46,715 nucleotides of DNA from Coriobacteriia bacterium (lineage in GTDB: Bacteria > Actinomycetota > Coriobacteriia > Coriobacteriales > Eggerthellaceae): NCBI GenBank assembly GCA_030526775.1, contig JAUNCA010000001.1, positions 13,384-60,098 on the forward strand, in the 5' to 3' direction. The notes beneath the pieces were generated by a model. It was not told the origin of the DNA. It did not search any database and was given only the letters and a program-made list of their open reading frames with translations. Positions 1-8,212 of the stretch are shown here, piece after piece; the stretch's first letter is position 1, and every line of letters begins with the position of its first letter. A program made the position numbers and the translations under genes.

Positions 1-268
1 GAAACGTTTCCAACCGTATATTGCGCCATCTGTGGAGAAGTTGTGGCGTTAGCGTGTCGAATCGCCGCGAGCGGTGTGAAATTGTCGGTGAACGGTTAAC
101 CAAGCTTGAGCTTTTGACGAATCGTCGTCGGCACCGGCTTTTGGCGGGGCTTGCAATTGGATGGAACGGCCACGAGCCGCAGCACCCACATGACAGAAGG
201 ACTACGAGGTGAAGTGTCCGGTGTATGATGAGAGGCCCTAGGATGGGTAATGGAAAGCGAGGCATGCG

Positions 269-757
269 ATGACGATTCGGGCGTTTGTGTTTGACATGGA
301 TGGGACGGTTTTGCATACCCTTCCCGACCTGACTGCCGTCACCAACTTGGCGCTCGAGCGTATGGGGTTTCCGCTGCACACCGCAGACGAGGTGCTCACG
401 TATGTGGGGAATGGGGCAGAGCGCCTGGTCGGACAGGCCTGCCCGCCCGATGCCTCGCCCGAAGAGCGCCAGCAGACCCTGAAGGTTTGGCAGGCCATCT
501 ATCTGGAATGCGGCGACCGGTACACCGCGCCATTCCCGGGCATTCTCGAAGCGCTGCGCGACCTTCGGGCGTGCGGGATGAAGATGGCGGTGCTTTCGAA
601 CAAGTTCGATGCGGCTGTTCACGAGCTGGCCGACCACTATTCCCCCGGACTGCTCGATGCTGCGCGGGGCGAGATTCCGCCCACGCCGCGCAAGCCCGAT
701 CCGACGATGCTGCTCGAGATGCTCGACGAGATGGGCGTATCGCCAGAAGAAGCGGTG
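269..757 (+). pseudogene. HAD-superfamily phosphatase (phosphoglycolate-phosphatase-like), 5' part, truncated by IS insertion
   Basis: HAD motif I FDMDGT, motif II LSNK and RKPDP are present. HAD-like sequence stops at ...SPEEAV (nt 757), just before the expected VGDxxxD motif. The tracked ORF then continues to 943 through unrelated sequence. Confidence 0.8.
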
Positions 758-895
758 AGGAACACAGGGGACAGTTCCCTGTGCAAGCACGCCAACGAGA
801 ATCGGTCTGAACGGGATTGCCCGCATGGGGGGTGTTCCTATGGTTTTGTCAACCGGTGGTTTTGGTTGGCGCCCCTTCGAATGACAATGCTGACG

Positions 896-915
896 CAGGC
901 CCCGCAAGGGGCCTG
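896..915 (-). terminator. GC-rich hairpin downstream of the transposase stop
   Basis: CAGGCCCC-GCAA-GGGGCCTG: an 8-bp stem with a tetraloop, 25 nt past the tnp stop at 940. No clear U-tract. Confidence 0.4.
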
Positions 916-939
916 CTCCTCGTATCGGGGATGCGGTCG

Positions 940-2103
940 CTAGGCTGAGTACGGCACCTTGTCCCGCATGATCGCGTAAATCACCTTCATCCTCTTCCTG
1001 GCCACGGCCTTCAGCGCCTCGCCGTGACACATGCCCCCGCCACGGCACTTGCGGTAGTACTCGCCGAAGCGGCCGCGGCTGCGCGTCAGCGAGTTGCACG
1101 AGAATATGAGCAGATTCTTGAGCCTCTTGTTGCCCTGCCTGGACGCGCTGACCGACGATATCGAGGTGCCGGACTGGCGGTTCCTCGGCGCGATGCCGCA
1201 GTAGGAGGCCAGGTGATGGTGGTCGGGGAAGTCGGCGATGTCTATGCCGATGACGAGCTCGGACGCGGTTCTCGGGCCTATGCCCGGCACGGTGAGCAGG
1301 CACCCGTACGTGGCGTCGCCTGCGAGCATGCCGGCTATGCGCTCGTCGAGCTCCCCGGCCTCCGAGGATGCCTCCCTGGTGCGCCTGGCGAGCATCATGA
1401 CCTGCGGGTTCTCCGCTTCCACCATGCATTCGGGCGGCCTGGTCGAGGCCGCGATTGCCTTCCACGCGGCGTCCATCTCCGCTCGGTCGGCGCCCCTGGT
1501 CACGGCGCCCATGGCGGCCTTGCCCGCGTCGGCGATCCCCCACGAGCCGCCAAGCCTCTCGAGCATCCTGACCCAGTGCGGGTCGGACAGGTCGGCGAGC
1601 GCCTCGAAGGGCGGGCAGGACTCCAGCAGGATGGACCTCAGCCTGTTCTTGTCGCGCGTCGCGCAGGTCACCATGTGGTTGCGCTGCGCCGCCATCGACC
1701 TCGCCGCCTCGAGCCGGGCATCCCCGCGCGGGACCGGCAGCAGCGCGTCGGGGATGCCCAGCGCCGTCTTGGCGATTACCATCGCGTCGCGCGCGTCGGT
1801 CTTCGCGTCCCCGGCGAACAGCCTGGCGGCGCCGTGGGCGGCGATGCCCGGCAGGTAGGCGACCTCGAGCCCGGCCATCCTCGCCCTCCTGATCGCCAGC
1901 GCGCCGATGTTGCGCACCTGGTCGACCACCACGAGCGTCCCCGGCTCGACCTGCGAGAACAGCCTGTCGAAGGCGTCTTCGGAGTTGTCGACGGAATCGT
2001 TGAGCGTTATCTCCCCGTCCCTCGTGACGAGGCAGGCCCAGTGCGAGCTCTTCCCGACGTCGAGCCCCAGCACGGCTTTGCGGGCGGTTGCGGTCCTTGG
2101 CAT
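940..2103 (-). CDS. IS110-family (DEDD) transposase
   Basis: N-terminal LGLDVGKSSHWACL and AKTDARDAMVIA motifs; C-terminal YCGIAPRNRQSG...GNKRLKNLL (Transposase_20-like). Start chosen at MPRTATARK because GGAGGATACC precedes the ATG at 2103; the tracked ORF extends to 2154. Confidence 0.9.
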   Translation of the reverse strand: MPRTATARKAVLGLDVGKSSHWACLVTRDGEITLNDSVDNSEDAFDRLFSQVEPGTLVVVDQVRNIGALAIRRARMAGLEVAYLPGIAAHGAARLFAGDAKTDARDAMVIAKTALGIPDALLPVPRGDARLEAARSMAAQRNHMVTCATRDKNRLRSILLESCPPFEALADLSDPHWVRMLERLGGSWGIADAGKAAMGAVTRGADRAEMDAAWKAIAASTRPPECMVEAENPQVMMLARRTREASSEAGELDERIAGMLAGDATYGCLLTVPGIGPRTASELVIGIDIADFPDHHHLASYCGIAPRNRQSGTSISSVSASRQGNKRLKNLLIFSCNSLTRSRGRFGEYYRKCRGGGMCHGEALKAVARKRMKVIYAIMRDKVPYSA

Positions 2104-2384
2104 GGTATCCTCCAATCGTTCGGTCGATCGGATGCTGGTTCGCGCGACACCCACATTACTTGGCCGTGGCGCTTTCGAAGGGGGCCCGGCAGGTTCCTAT
2201 CAGTCGTCTGAGCCAGCGACGCCCGCGTCGGCAACACCCCCGGGCCCTCGAGGGGCAGGGGCAGAAGGCCGTCCGCGGGCGTCCGATCGGCAGTCCATCC
2301 GGACATGGCTCAATCGTAATCCGTCGGCGATGACGGAGATCGAGATGTTCGGATTAGCCACAACTCAGACTGTAATGGGGTGCT

Positions 2385-3065
2385 TCACTCTGAAGCGCCT
2401 CCCATTTCCTGTGTAACAGCGCTTGGCTTGCGTGCGACCAGGTGCAGTCGGAACTTCTTCTGGGATTCCAGCGTAACCGGCACGAGGCCTGATGACAGGC
2501 AGAATGCGCGAACTTCGTCCAGCGTGTAGGCGCGCACATCACCGTGGCCGGCGAGGTTTGCCAGCGGCATCTCCGTGTGGTTCATGAGCCACAAGATGGG
2601 CGCGGGGGCCGTGTAATCACGGAGGACCAGCTTGCCGCCGGGGCGCAGCACGCGCGCGACCTCGTCGAAGAACAGGTGCGGATTCGGGTAGTGGTGGAAG
2701 CTGTTCGCGCAGATGACGGTATCGAAGCTCGCATTGTCGAACGGCAGGTCCTCGGCATCGCCCACGATAAAGCTCGCGTTTTCGATGCCTTTCGCGTTGG
2801 CAACCTCAATCATCCGAGGTGTTAAGTCGAGCCCCGTGTAGCGCTTATCCGGGAACTCGGATGCGAGCAGTTCGATCATCGGGCCCGTCCCGCAGCCCAC
2901 GTCGAGGAGGTCCTCGAATTTGCCTTTCTTCAATTCCTCGAGGATGGGCGGGTAGTCATCCTTGCATATCTCGTAGATTCCCGCGCGGTCGCTGTCGTAA
3001 ATCTCGGCTGCTTTCGTGAACTCTTTAATTGAGAGCGCTTTGTACTTGCTGGCGTCTTTCATCAT
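2385..3065 (-). CDS. class I SAM-dependent methyltransferase
   Basis: Motif I LLDVGCGTGPM, post-I TGLDLTPRM, and FDTVICANSFHH. 226 aa. Confidence 0.85.
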   Translation of the reverse strand: MMKDASKYKALSIKEFTKAAEIYDSDRAGIYEICKDDYPPILEELKKGKFEDLLDVGCGTGPMIELLASEFPDKRYTGLDLTPRMIEVANAKGIENASFIVGDAEDLPFDNASFDTVICANSFHHYPNPHLFFDEVARVLRPGGKLVLRDYTAPAPILWLMNHTEMPLANLAGHGDVRAYTLDEVRAFCLSSGLVPVTLESQKKFRLHLVARKPSAVTQEMGGASE

Positions 3066-3260
3066 GTGTCCCCAATGTGGTTAGGAAAGTCTAACCAAAG
3101 CATTCTCACACAAAGCTATCGAAAATTGAACCCCCCGATGATGAGCTGGCGCCGCCCCTTTGGGGCGCCTATGCCAAGCTAACCTCTCGGCGCACTCTTG
3201 CCATCTGCGGTAACGCTGATACACTCCGCAATAGTGGACAACTTGAACCTGGAGGAGCAC

Positions 3261-4556
3261 ATGCCGGAGGCAGCCGACAAACCCACTGCGCGACACATCG
3301 CTATTGTCGCGTGCTGCTGTCTTACCTGTGGCATACCCATTGCGATGCTCATGAACACCGCGGGTCTTTACTATCCGATAATTGCCGAAGAATTTGATGT
3401 GCCCACCGCGCAGATAAGCGCCTGGATGGCCATTCACATGGTGTCGGCTGCGGTATTTTCGCCAGTGGTGGGAAACATTGCGACTCGATTCCACATGCGC
3501 ACGCTCATGCTTGGGGGCGTGCTGCTTGCAGCCACGGCGTTCCTAGTCTTCTCGATGGCAACTGCCCCGTGGATGTTCTGGGCCATTGCGACCATCACGG
3601 GTTTTGCGATGGGTGCCTGCATGTTCGTGGTGCCCGCGTCGCTAATCAACCGATGGTTCGCTAAACACGTCGGTTTTCTCATCGGGCTCTATACGGCGTT
3701 TACCGGTATCGGCGCTGCGTTGTTCCTGCTGGTGGGGCAGATGATCATGGATTCGGCGGGATGGCGAGCGGCGTACACCACGTACGCGGTCATCACCCTG
3801 GTGATATGCGTTCCCGCAGTGCTGCTTTGCATCCGGGACTACCCCGAAGATTGCGGACTGCACCCGTACGGGTACAGCGAAATAACTCAAGCTGACGATG
3901 CCGCCGTTTCCGACGGTCTGGGCGATGACGCCGACGTGCGTCGTTATGCCTCGATGTGCATGCACACGCCTTCGTTCTGGCTGCTGTTGTTGGCGGGTTT
4001 CTTCGCGAACGTCGTGTGCCAGGTACAGGCGTATTTCCCCAAATACATTATGTGGATCGACGAACAGTCCGTGATGGGGTTGGCGCCAGCTGCGTTCATG
4101 GCCGGTGCGGTGGTAACCTCCATCACGCATGTGGGCAATGGAACGGGAAAGCTCTTCCTCGGCGCGTTTTCCGATTTCTCGGTGAGTAAGGCGACAACCG
4201 CTCTGTGCATAAGCGGTGCCGCCGGGCTCCTGTTCGTATGGCTTCTTCCGGCAACGCCCCTGCTGGGAGTGGGCGGCCTTGTTTACGGGTTCTTCCTGGC
4301 GGCTATTCCCGTTATCATCCCGATGCTCGCGCGCGCGTCGTTTGGGGCGGGGCGCGCTTATCCCATCATCTACGCGTATATTGCAACAGCGCCGTTCCTC
4401 GGAGGCGCGACGGGCAATATCCTCCTGCCCGTGCTTGCCGATAGCCCCGGCGGGTTCGACGTGATGTTCGCCGTATCCGTCATCATGCTGCCGATTGTGT
4501 TGATGGCAGCCCTCTTTGCGCTGCGCTTGAGCCCGGAATATCGCACTAAGCAATAA
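3261..4556 (+). CDS. MFS transporter (OFA/monocarboxylate-like)
   Basis: About 12 predicted hydrophobic helices. GGAGGAGCAC precedes the ATG at 3261; the tracked ORF starts at 3198. Paralogous in style to 44077-45315. Confidence 0.8.
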   Translation: MPEAADKPTARHIAIVACCCLTCGIPIAMLMNTAGLYYPIIAEEFDVPTAQISAWMAIHMVSAAVFSPVVGNIATRFHMRTLMLGGVLLAATAFLVFSMATAPWMFWAIATITGFAMGACMFVVPASLINRWFAKHVGFLIGLYTAFTGIGAALFLLVGQMIMDSAGWRAAYTTYAVITLVICVPAVLLCIRDYPEDCGLHPYGYSEITQADDAAVSDGLGDDADVRRYASMCMHTPSFWLLLLAGFFANVVCQVQAYFPKYIMWIDEQSVMGLAPAAFMAGAVVTSITHVGNGTGKLFLGAFSDFSVSKATTALCISGAAGLLFVWLLPATPLLGVGGLVYGFFLAAIPVIIPMLARASFGAGRAYPIIYAYIATAPFLGGATGNILLPVLADSPGGFDVMFAVSVIMLPIVLMAALFALRLSPEYRTKQ

Positions 4557-4568
4557 GGGGGTAGCCGG

Positions 4569-5546
4569 ATGGGTCTCTTCAGCCCGATATGGATGACCAA
4601 AGAGCACAGCAAGCGCCTGAAGGCAGCCGAGGCGGTGCGCGGGATTACCGACCAGCGCAAGCTGATAGAGGTTGTGCTGAAGGCGCCGCTCATGAGCGTG
4701 GTGGAGGTTGCGCTCGCGAAGCTCGATGACCAGCACGCTTTGTGCGACCTAGCCGTGGAAGCGTCCCAGGCAAAGGAACAGGACAATCGCTCGACTGAAA
4801 TCGGCTGCTTTGCGGTTTCCAGAATCGAAGACCAGGAGCTGCTTCGCGGCATTGCCACGCATCCCAGGGTTTCGGAGCCCATACGAGCTGCTGCCGTGGG
4901 AAGGGTATCGGATCAGGATTTCCTTCGCGCGGTTATTCTTGATGGCGGTGCGTCGGATAAAGTCAAGAGTGCCGCCGTTCGCTCAATAGCCGACCCCGCG
5001 CTGTTGGCGCAGGTGGCATTGGACCATGCCGCGTATGGGGAAAACGTTCGCAGAAGTGCCGTGGCGCGGGTTGAAGACCCGGCGGTTCTGGCCGAGGTCG
5101 TGCGGAACGACCCCTCGGCCTCTCTTCGCATGGCCGCGCTTCCCCGTGTTGAACAGGGGCTGATTGCCGAGGTGGCGTTGGGCGAGCCCGATAGAAACAT
5201 CCGCTACAAAGCGCTTGAGCTGCTTACCGACCCGGCTACGTTAGAGCAGATAGCTCGCGCCGAGGTCGACCACTACTTCCGCTTTATGGCGTTCGAGAAG
5301 ATTGAAGATGGCTTCCTTCGCCTTGACATTAAACGCTCGTGGAACGAAGAGCAGAAGGCAGAAGACCACAAAGCGGACCTGTTGAGAAGCGCCGTTCAGC
5401 AAGATGCGGCGAATCGGGAAGCGTGGAGCCGACGCGTCGCCGAGGGTTGCTGCCCCCATTGTGGCGTGCCTCTGACGACGCCCCGTGGCGGCATTCCGGA
5501 CGGAGCGGCCACCTATTGCAGCAACTGCGGCAACCGCGTGCGTTAA
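4569..5546 (+). CDS. HEAT-like repeat protein with C-terminal zinc ribbon
   Basis: About 8 repeats of a D(Q/P)xxLxxVA-type motif (ITDQRKLIEVV, IEDQELLRGIA, VSDQDFLRAVI, IADPALLAQVA, VEDPAVLAEVV, LTDPATLEQIA). The C-terminus has CPHCG...CSNCG. Confidence 0.7.
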   Translation: MGLFSPIWMTKEHSKRLKAAEAVRGITDQRKLIEVVLKAPLMSVVEVALAKLDDQHALCDLAVEASQAKEQDNRSTEIGCFAVSRIEDQELLRGIATHPRVSEPIRAAAVGRVSDQDFLRAVILDGGASDKVKSAAVRSIADPALLAQVALDHAAYGENVRRSAVARVEDPAVLAEVVRNDPSASLRMAALPRVEQGLIAEVALGEPDRNIRYKALELLTDPATLEQIARAEVDHYFRFMAFEKIEDGFLRLDIKRSWNEEQKAEDHKADLLRSAVQQDAANREAWSRRVAEGCCPHCGVPLTTPRGGIPDGAATYCSNCGNRVR

Positions 5547-5559
5547 GCGAGGCACCCTA

Positions 5560-5877
5560 TTACGCTTGACATTTCTTGCGCAGGTATTCGACTGTCATCA
5601 ACGGGTGGCGCAGCGCCATGCGCGGAGCCGAGTACGCCATCATCTCGCGTATGCGTTTGCGAGCATCGCCGCGCTGGCAGTGGATTTCGCAGTCTTGGCA
5701 GTTCTTCTCGTGCCCGAAAGGGCATGCCTGCGTTCGCGCAAGTGTGGCATCAACTGTCTCGCGGCATTCCGAGCAGAGGCCTGCAGCATCCTTGCCGCCG
5801 ACATGGTGGGCGGTACAGTAAATACGCCCGATTGCCTCGAGCGTCTTGCGGTCTTTATCGACTTTCGCTTCCCCCAT
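5560..5877 (-). CDS. nitrous-oxide-stimulated promoter (YgbA-like) family protein
   Basis: 105-aa Cys/His-rich protein: RIYCTAHH...LCSECRE...CPFGHEKNCQDCEIHCQ...MMAYSAPRM matches the YgbA_NO family pattern as I remember it. Confidence 0.75.
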   Translation of the reverse strand: MGEAKVDKDRKTLEAIGRIYCTAHHVGGKDAAGLCSECRETVDATLARTQACPFGHEKNCQDCEIHCQRGDARKRIREMMAYSAPRMALRHPLMTVEYLRKKCQA

Positions 5878-6128
5878 GTGGATACCTTACTTTTAAATTT
5901 CCGGCATGGGGAGGGAGGGTTTTGGCCGTTTTTTTGGGGTTGGGAACCCCACAAGCCATTTTGAGCCTGCCTTCGAAGCCCCGGTAGCGTTCCCAAACCC
6001 AAAAAAGCGACCAAAGCATTGCGGCGGGGAGGCAAACCGGGCTCCCAAGTCCAAAAAAGTGGCGAAATTGTTCCGCCGTCATGCTCAGTTGACGTTGGAA
6101 GGACGGTTGCCTGTCTCCCCGAAAGACA

Positions 6129-6164
6129 CCGCGGCCGCCCGGCGCTTTCGCCGGACGGCCGCGG
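6129..6164 (-). terminator. long GC hairpin after the lipoprotein gene
   Basis: CCGCGGCCG c CCGGCG-CTTT-CGCCGG a CGGCCGCGG: a 15-bp stem with one mismatch, 24 nt past the stop at 6188. On the minus strand it is followed by TGTCTTTC. Confidence 0.55.
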
Positions 6165-6187
6165 GAGTGGTTGACGTCTGTGCTGGC

Positions 6188-6760
6188 TTACTTCATGGCT
6201 TCCACGAACACGGTAAGGCGATCGACGGTCAGGCCGAAATCGCTGTCACCGCCGAGGCCCTGGGCAACGATGGAGTGGGCGACGTCTTCCTCGCCCCAGT
6301 AGGTCTTAATCGATTCGCCATCTTTGTTGCCGGCGCATGCGATTGGCATGTTACTGATGGTCTCGGTCCATTCCTTGGCGTAGGTGTTGTAATCGCCGGA
6401 AATGTCGTAGGAATCGCCTTCTGCGAGCTTGGCAGTGCGCACCGTTACCATAGACGCGCCGAAGTCATACTGCGCCTCGGCCATGCCGTCCATGTAGCGG
6501 TACGTGACCTCAACCGGCTTGCCCATGTCGGCGATTTCTCCCTCGGGAAGCGCGAAGCTGTCGATTCCCGCTCCCTCGGCGGCTTCCTCGGCAGATGCCG
6601 CTTCGCTCCAGGGGTTGGCCATCCCAGCGGAGCTGGACGGCTCCGGGCTGGCGCTGCTAGAGCTGCCGCTCGGCGACGAGCAGCCCGCAAGTGCAATCAG
6701 CGCGCTTGCGATCACCGCAACCACAACCAGGGCAATCCACCTCTTAGATACGTTTTTCAT
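6188..6760 (-). CDS. lipoprotein of unknown function
   Basis: Signal peptide plus lipobox (MKNVSKRWIALVVVAVIASALIALAGC), then a Ser-rich linker. AAGGAG precedes the ATG at 6760. The tracked ORF (to 6976) is an upstream extension running through a repeat. Confidence 0.8.
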   Translation of the reverse strand: MKNVSKRWIALVVVAVIASALIALAGCSSPSGSSSSASPEPSSSAGMANPWSEAASAEEAAEGAGIDSFALPEGEIADMGKPVEVTYRYMDGMAEAQYDFGASMVTVRTAKLAEGDSYDISGDYNTYAKEWTETISNMPIACAGNKDGESIKTYWGEEDVAHSIVAQGLGGDSDFGLTVDRLTVFVEAMK

Positions 6761-6810
6761 GCGATATCTCCTTTCCTGATGTTCGTAGGATAACGCAAGT
6801 CGTGGCGCCG

Positions 6811-6848
6811 GGCGATGAGTCGAAGATACGCTCTCCGACTCATCGCCC
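6811..6848. repeat. palindromic element, ATGAGTC...GACTCAT family
   Basis: GGCGATGAGTCG-aagatacgctctc-CGACTCATCGCC: 12-bp arms, in the divergent region between the lipoprotein and VOC genes. Confidence 0.8.
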
Positions 6849-6932
6849 GGCCTAGACGCTACGGCAGAGGAATGAGAGGATGGGGCCGATAAGATTGGCG
6901 TGGCTGCTCTAGAAACAAGAGGTGCGGCAAAG

Positions 6933-7388
6933 ATGAGGTACGCCCACACGAACATCATCGCGCGGGACTGTTTCAAGCTTATCGGCTTCTACAAGCAGGT
7001 GTTCGGCTGCAAGTCGATTGGGGAAGTGCGAAATCAGAAAGGCGAATGACTGGATCGGCTGACGGGGTTAACCGACGCGCATATCGCCGGCGAGCCTCTG
7101 CTTCTGCCCGGGTACGGCGAAGACCGTCCGGCTTTGGAGATTTACTCGTACGACCATATGGAAGAAAGTGCGTTGTTCAGCACGAACCGACCCGGGTTTG
7201 CTCACATCGCATTCGAGGTCGATGACGTAAGGGAAAGCCTGAAACGGGTCCTCGAGTACGGCGGTTCCATGGTGGGCGAACTTGTTACGGTCGACAACCC
7301 GAACCACGACAACAAGCGGGCCGTTTTCGTGTGCGCCCGGGACATAGAGGGACACATCATAGAGCTGCAGAGCTGGGAAAACCTGTAA
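6933..7388 (+). pseudogene. VOC/glyoxalase-family protein interrupted by an in-frame TGA (7047-7049)
   Basis: ATG at 6933 gives MRYAHTNIIARDCFKLIGFYKQVFGCKSIGEVRNQKGE, then TGA. The same frame continues LDRLTGLTDAHIAGEPLLLPGYGEDRPALEIYSYDH...FAHIAFEVDD...IIELQSW. Both halves are VOC-like. Confidence 0.75.
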
Positions 7389-7544
7389 TCGACGGCGGAT
7401 GAAACGTCGTGACCACCATTTGAGGATTGTCTCCAAATGGTGGCTGTTCCCATCCACGCCATTCTTCGGCTCCGCGCTGCGCTCAGAAAGACGCGCGGGC
7501 CGGCACCGTGGTTGAGGCGCTCGAGCACGTGGTTCGCGTTCTTC

Positions 7545-7585
7545 CGTCCGCTCTGTGCGATGCCGAATCCCGCACAGAGCGGACG
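7545..7585 (+). terminator. perfect 15-bp hairpin (possible terminator or regulatory stem)
   Basis: CGTCCGCTCTGTGCG - 11-nt loop - CGCACAGAGCGGACG, about 160 nt after the VOC stop. The U-tract is weak. Confidence 0.35.
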
Positions 7586-7807
7586 AAGTATCTGTTACCG
7601 AGGAGGAGATTCCCCGGCCAAAAGCCCCCTGTTCAACGATCCGCGCAAACGCTTATCCCGGAGGGTATCAGCGCCCCTTCGGGCATCAAGTGCTGACGGG
7701 ATGGGACAGAATCGCGAAAACAGCAAGATAGAACAGACGCCATTCGCGAATAATTCCGTGAAGCAGATTCTCCTTATAGTCACTACCGAATCGCATGGGA
7801 GGCCATC

Positions 7808-8110
7808 ATGAAAATCGAGGAAGCTGCTGACAGGGTCGGGAAAGACCGTATTCGTCAGGCTATGGAGTCCGACAACGCCGACGCCCTGAAGGACCTGTTT
7901 GACGAGGAAGGCATGTCGCTTACTGACGAGCAGCTCGACAGCATCACTGGTGGCATCTTTACGCCGCATGAGGCGAAGATTGCGATGCGTAAGCTGAAGC
8001 AGTCTAACGGCTCCGTTCTCGCCGGTGGATCCGCGTATTTCGATCCGTACGACCCGAATAGTCCCAACTGGACCGGGCCCCCCGGTACCGATACGACCGC
8101 GACTGACTGA
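7808..8110 (+). CDS. Nif11-like / double-glycine leader peptide (candidate bacteriocin, RiPP or pheromone precursor)
   Basis: 100 aa. GGGAGGccatc precedes the ATG. The leader ends ...NADALKDLFDEEGMSLTDEQLDSITGG (aa 49), matching the LSxxELxxIxGG cleavage motif. The 51-aa tail is Pro/Asp/Thr-rich and has a second AGG. Confidence 0.65.
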   Translation: MKIEEAADRVGKDRIRQAMESDNADALKDLFDEEGMSLTDEQLDSITGGIFTPHEAKIAMRKLKQSNGSVLAGGSAYFDPYDPNSPNWTGPPGTDTTATD

Positions 8111-8212
8111 GGCGCGTAGCCCGTCTGTCTCCATGCATAAGCCAATCGCCGTATCGCGTGACCCGAGCTGCCACGTGCCCGGTTATGCCGCGCCGGCAGT
8201 TCAGGTGCTGAT

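Larger units (their letters stand above)
758..2322 (-). mobile_element. IS110-family insertion sequence (ends approximate, about +/-20 nt)
   Basis: A single DEDD/IS110-type transposase gene flanked by about 180- and 220-nt non-coding ends, sitting inside the HAD ORF. No terminal inverted repeats are visible, which is typical for IS110. A VGDDGD.D string at 2323-2343 may be the displaced HAD motif III. Confidence 0.7.

Noticed and set aside
1-268. A possible partial gene or RNA at the left window edge (tracked 63-aa ORF 21-212).
   Set aside because: There are no recognisable motifs, no SD, and an Arg-rich translation. No tRNA- or rRNA-like structure was noticed here or anywhere else in the window.
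2320-2416. Exact 3' remnant of the IS-split HAD gene.
   Set aside because: Frame 1 reads SVGDDGDRDVRISHNSDCNGVLHSE (motif III-like) and then turns into junk overlapping the methyltransferase gene. Frame 2 reads AMTEIEMFGLATTQTVMGCFTLKRLPFPV* and ends cleanly but lacks a GD motif. I could not reconstruct a clean C-terminus, so no feature is reported for it.
5878-6128. A/T-run-rich 250-bp spacer with GGGGTTGGGAACCCC and repeated CCAAAAAAG strings, considered as a small RNA or repeat element.
   Set aside because: There is only weak internal similarity and no match to the other repeat families. It is most simply the promoter region of the YgbA-like gene. There is nothing I can support further from sequence alone.
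6761-6976. N-terminal extensions of tracked ORFs: 6188-6976, 19871-20974, 23145-24668, 16818 start, 2104-2154, 3198 start, 33431 start, 39899 start and 45707 start.
   Set aside because: In each case an internal start has a much better Shine-Dalgarno sequence, and the family-typical N-terminus (a signal peptide or the first motif) begins there. Several of the extensions run through intergenic repeats.
7047-7049. Selenocysteine (TGA at 7047 and 19150) or pyrrolysine (TAG at 41053 and 41572) recoding.
   Set aside because: I see no convincing SECIS-like hairpin right after either TGA. The VOC and MurT families are not known selenoproteins. There are no pyl or sel genes in the window, and both TGA and TAG terminate ordinary genes here. 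I cannot exclude recoding without the whole genome, so the stops are kept as findings but not called recoding.
7808-8110. Reading the small ORF upstream of Fic as a FicA/VbhA-type antitoxin.
   Set aside because: It has no (S/T)xxxE(G/N) inhibitory motif; the only E-G is in LFDEEG, with Leu at the -4 position. The sequence instead matches a GG-leader pattern. This is not excluded experimentally.
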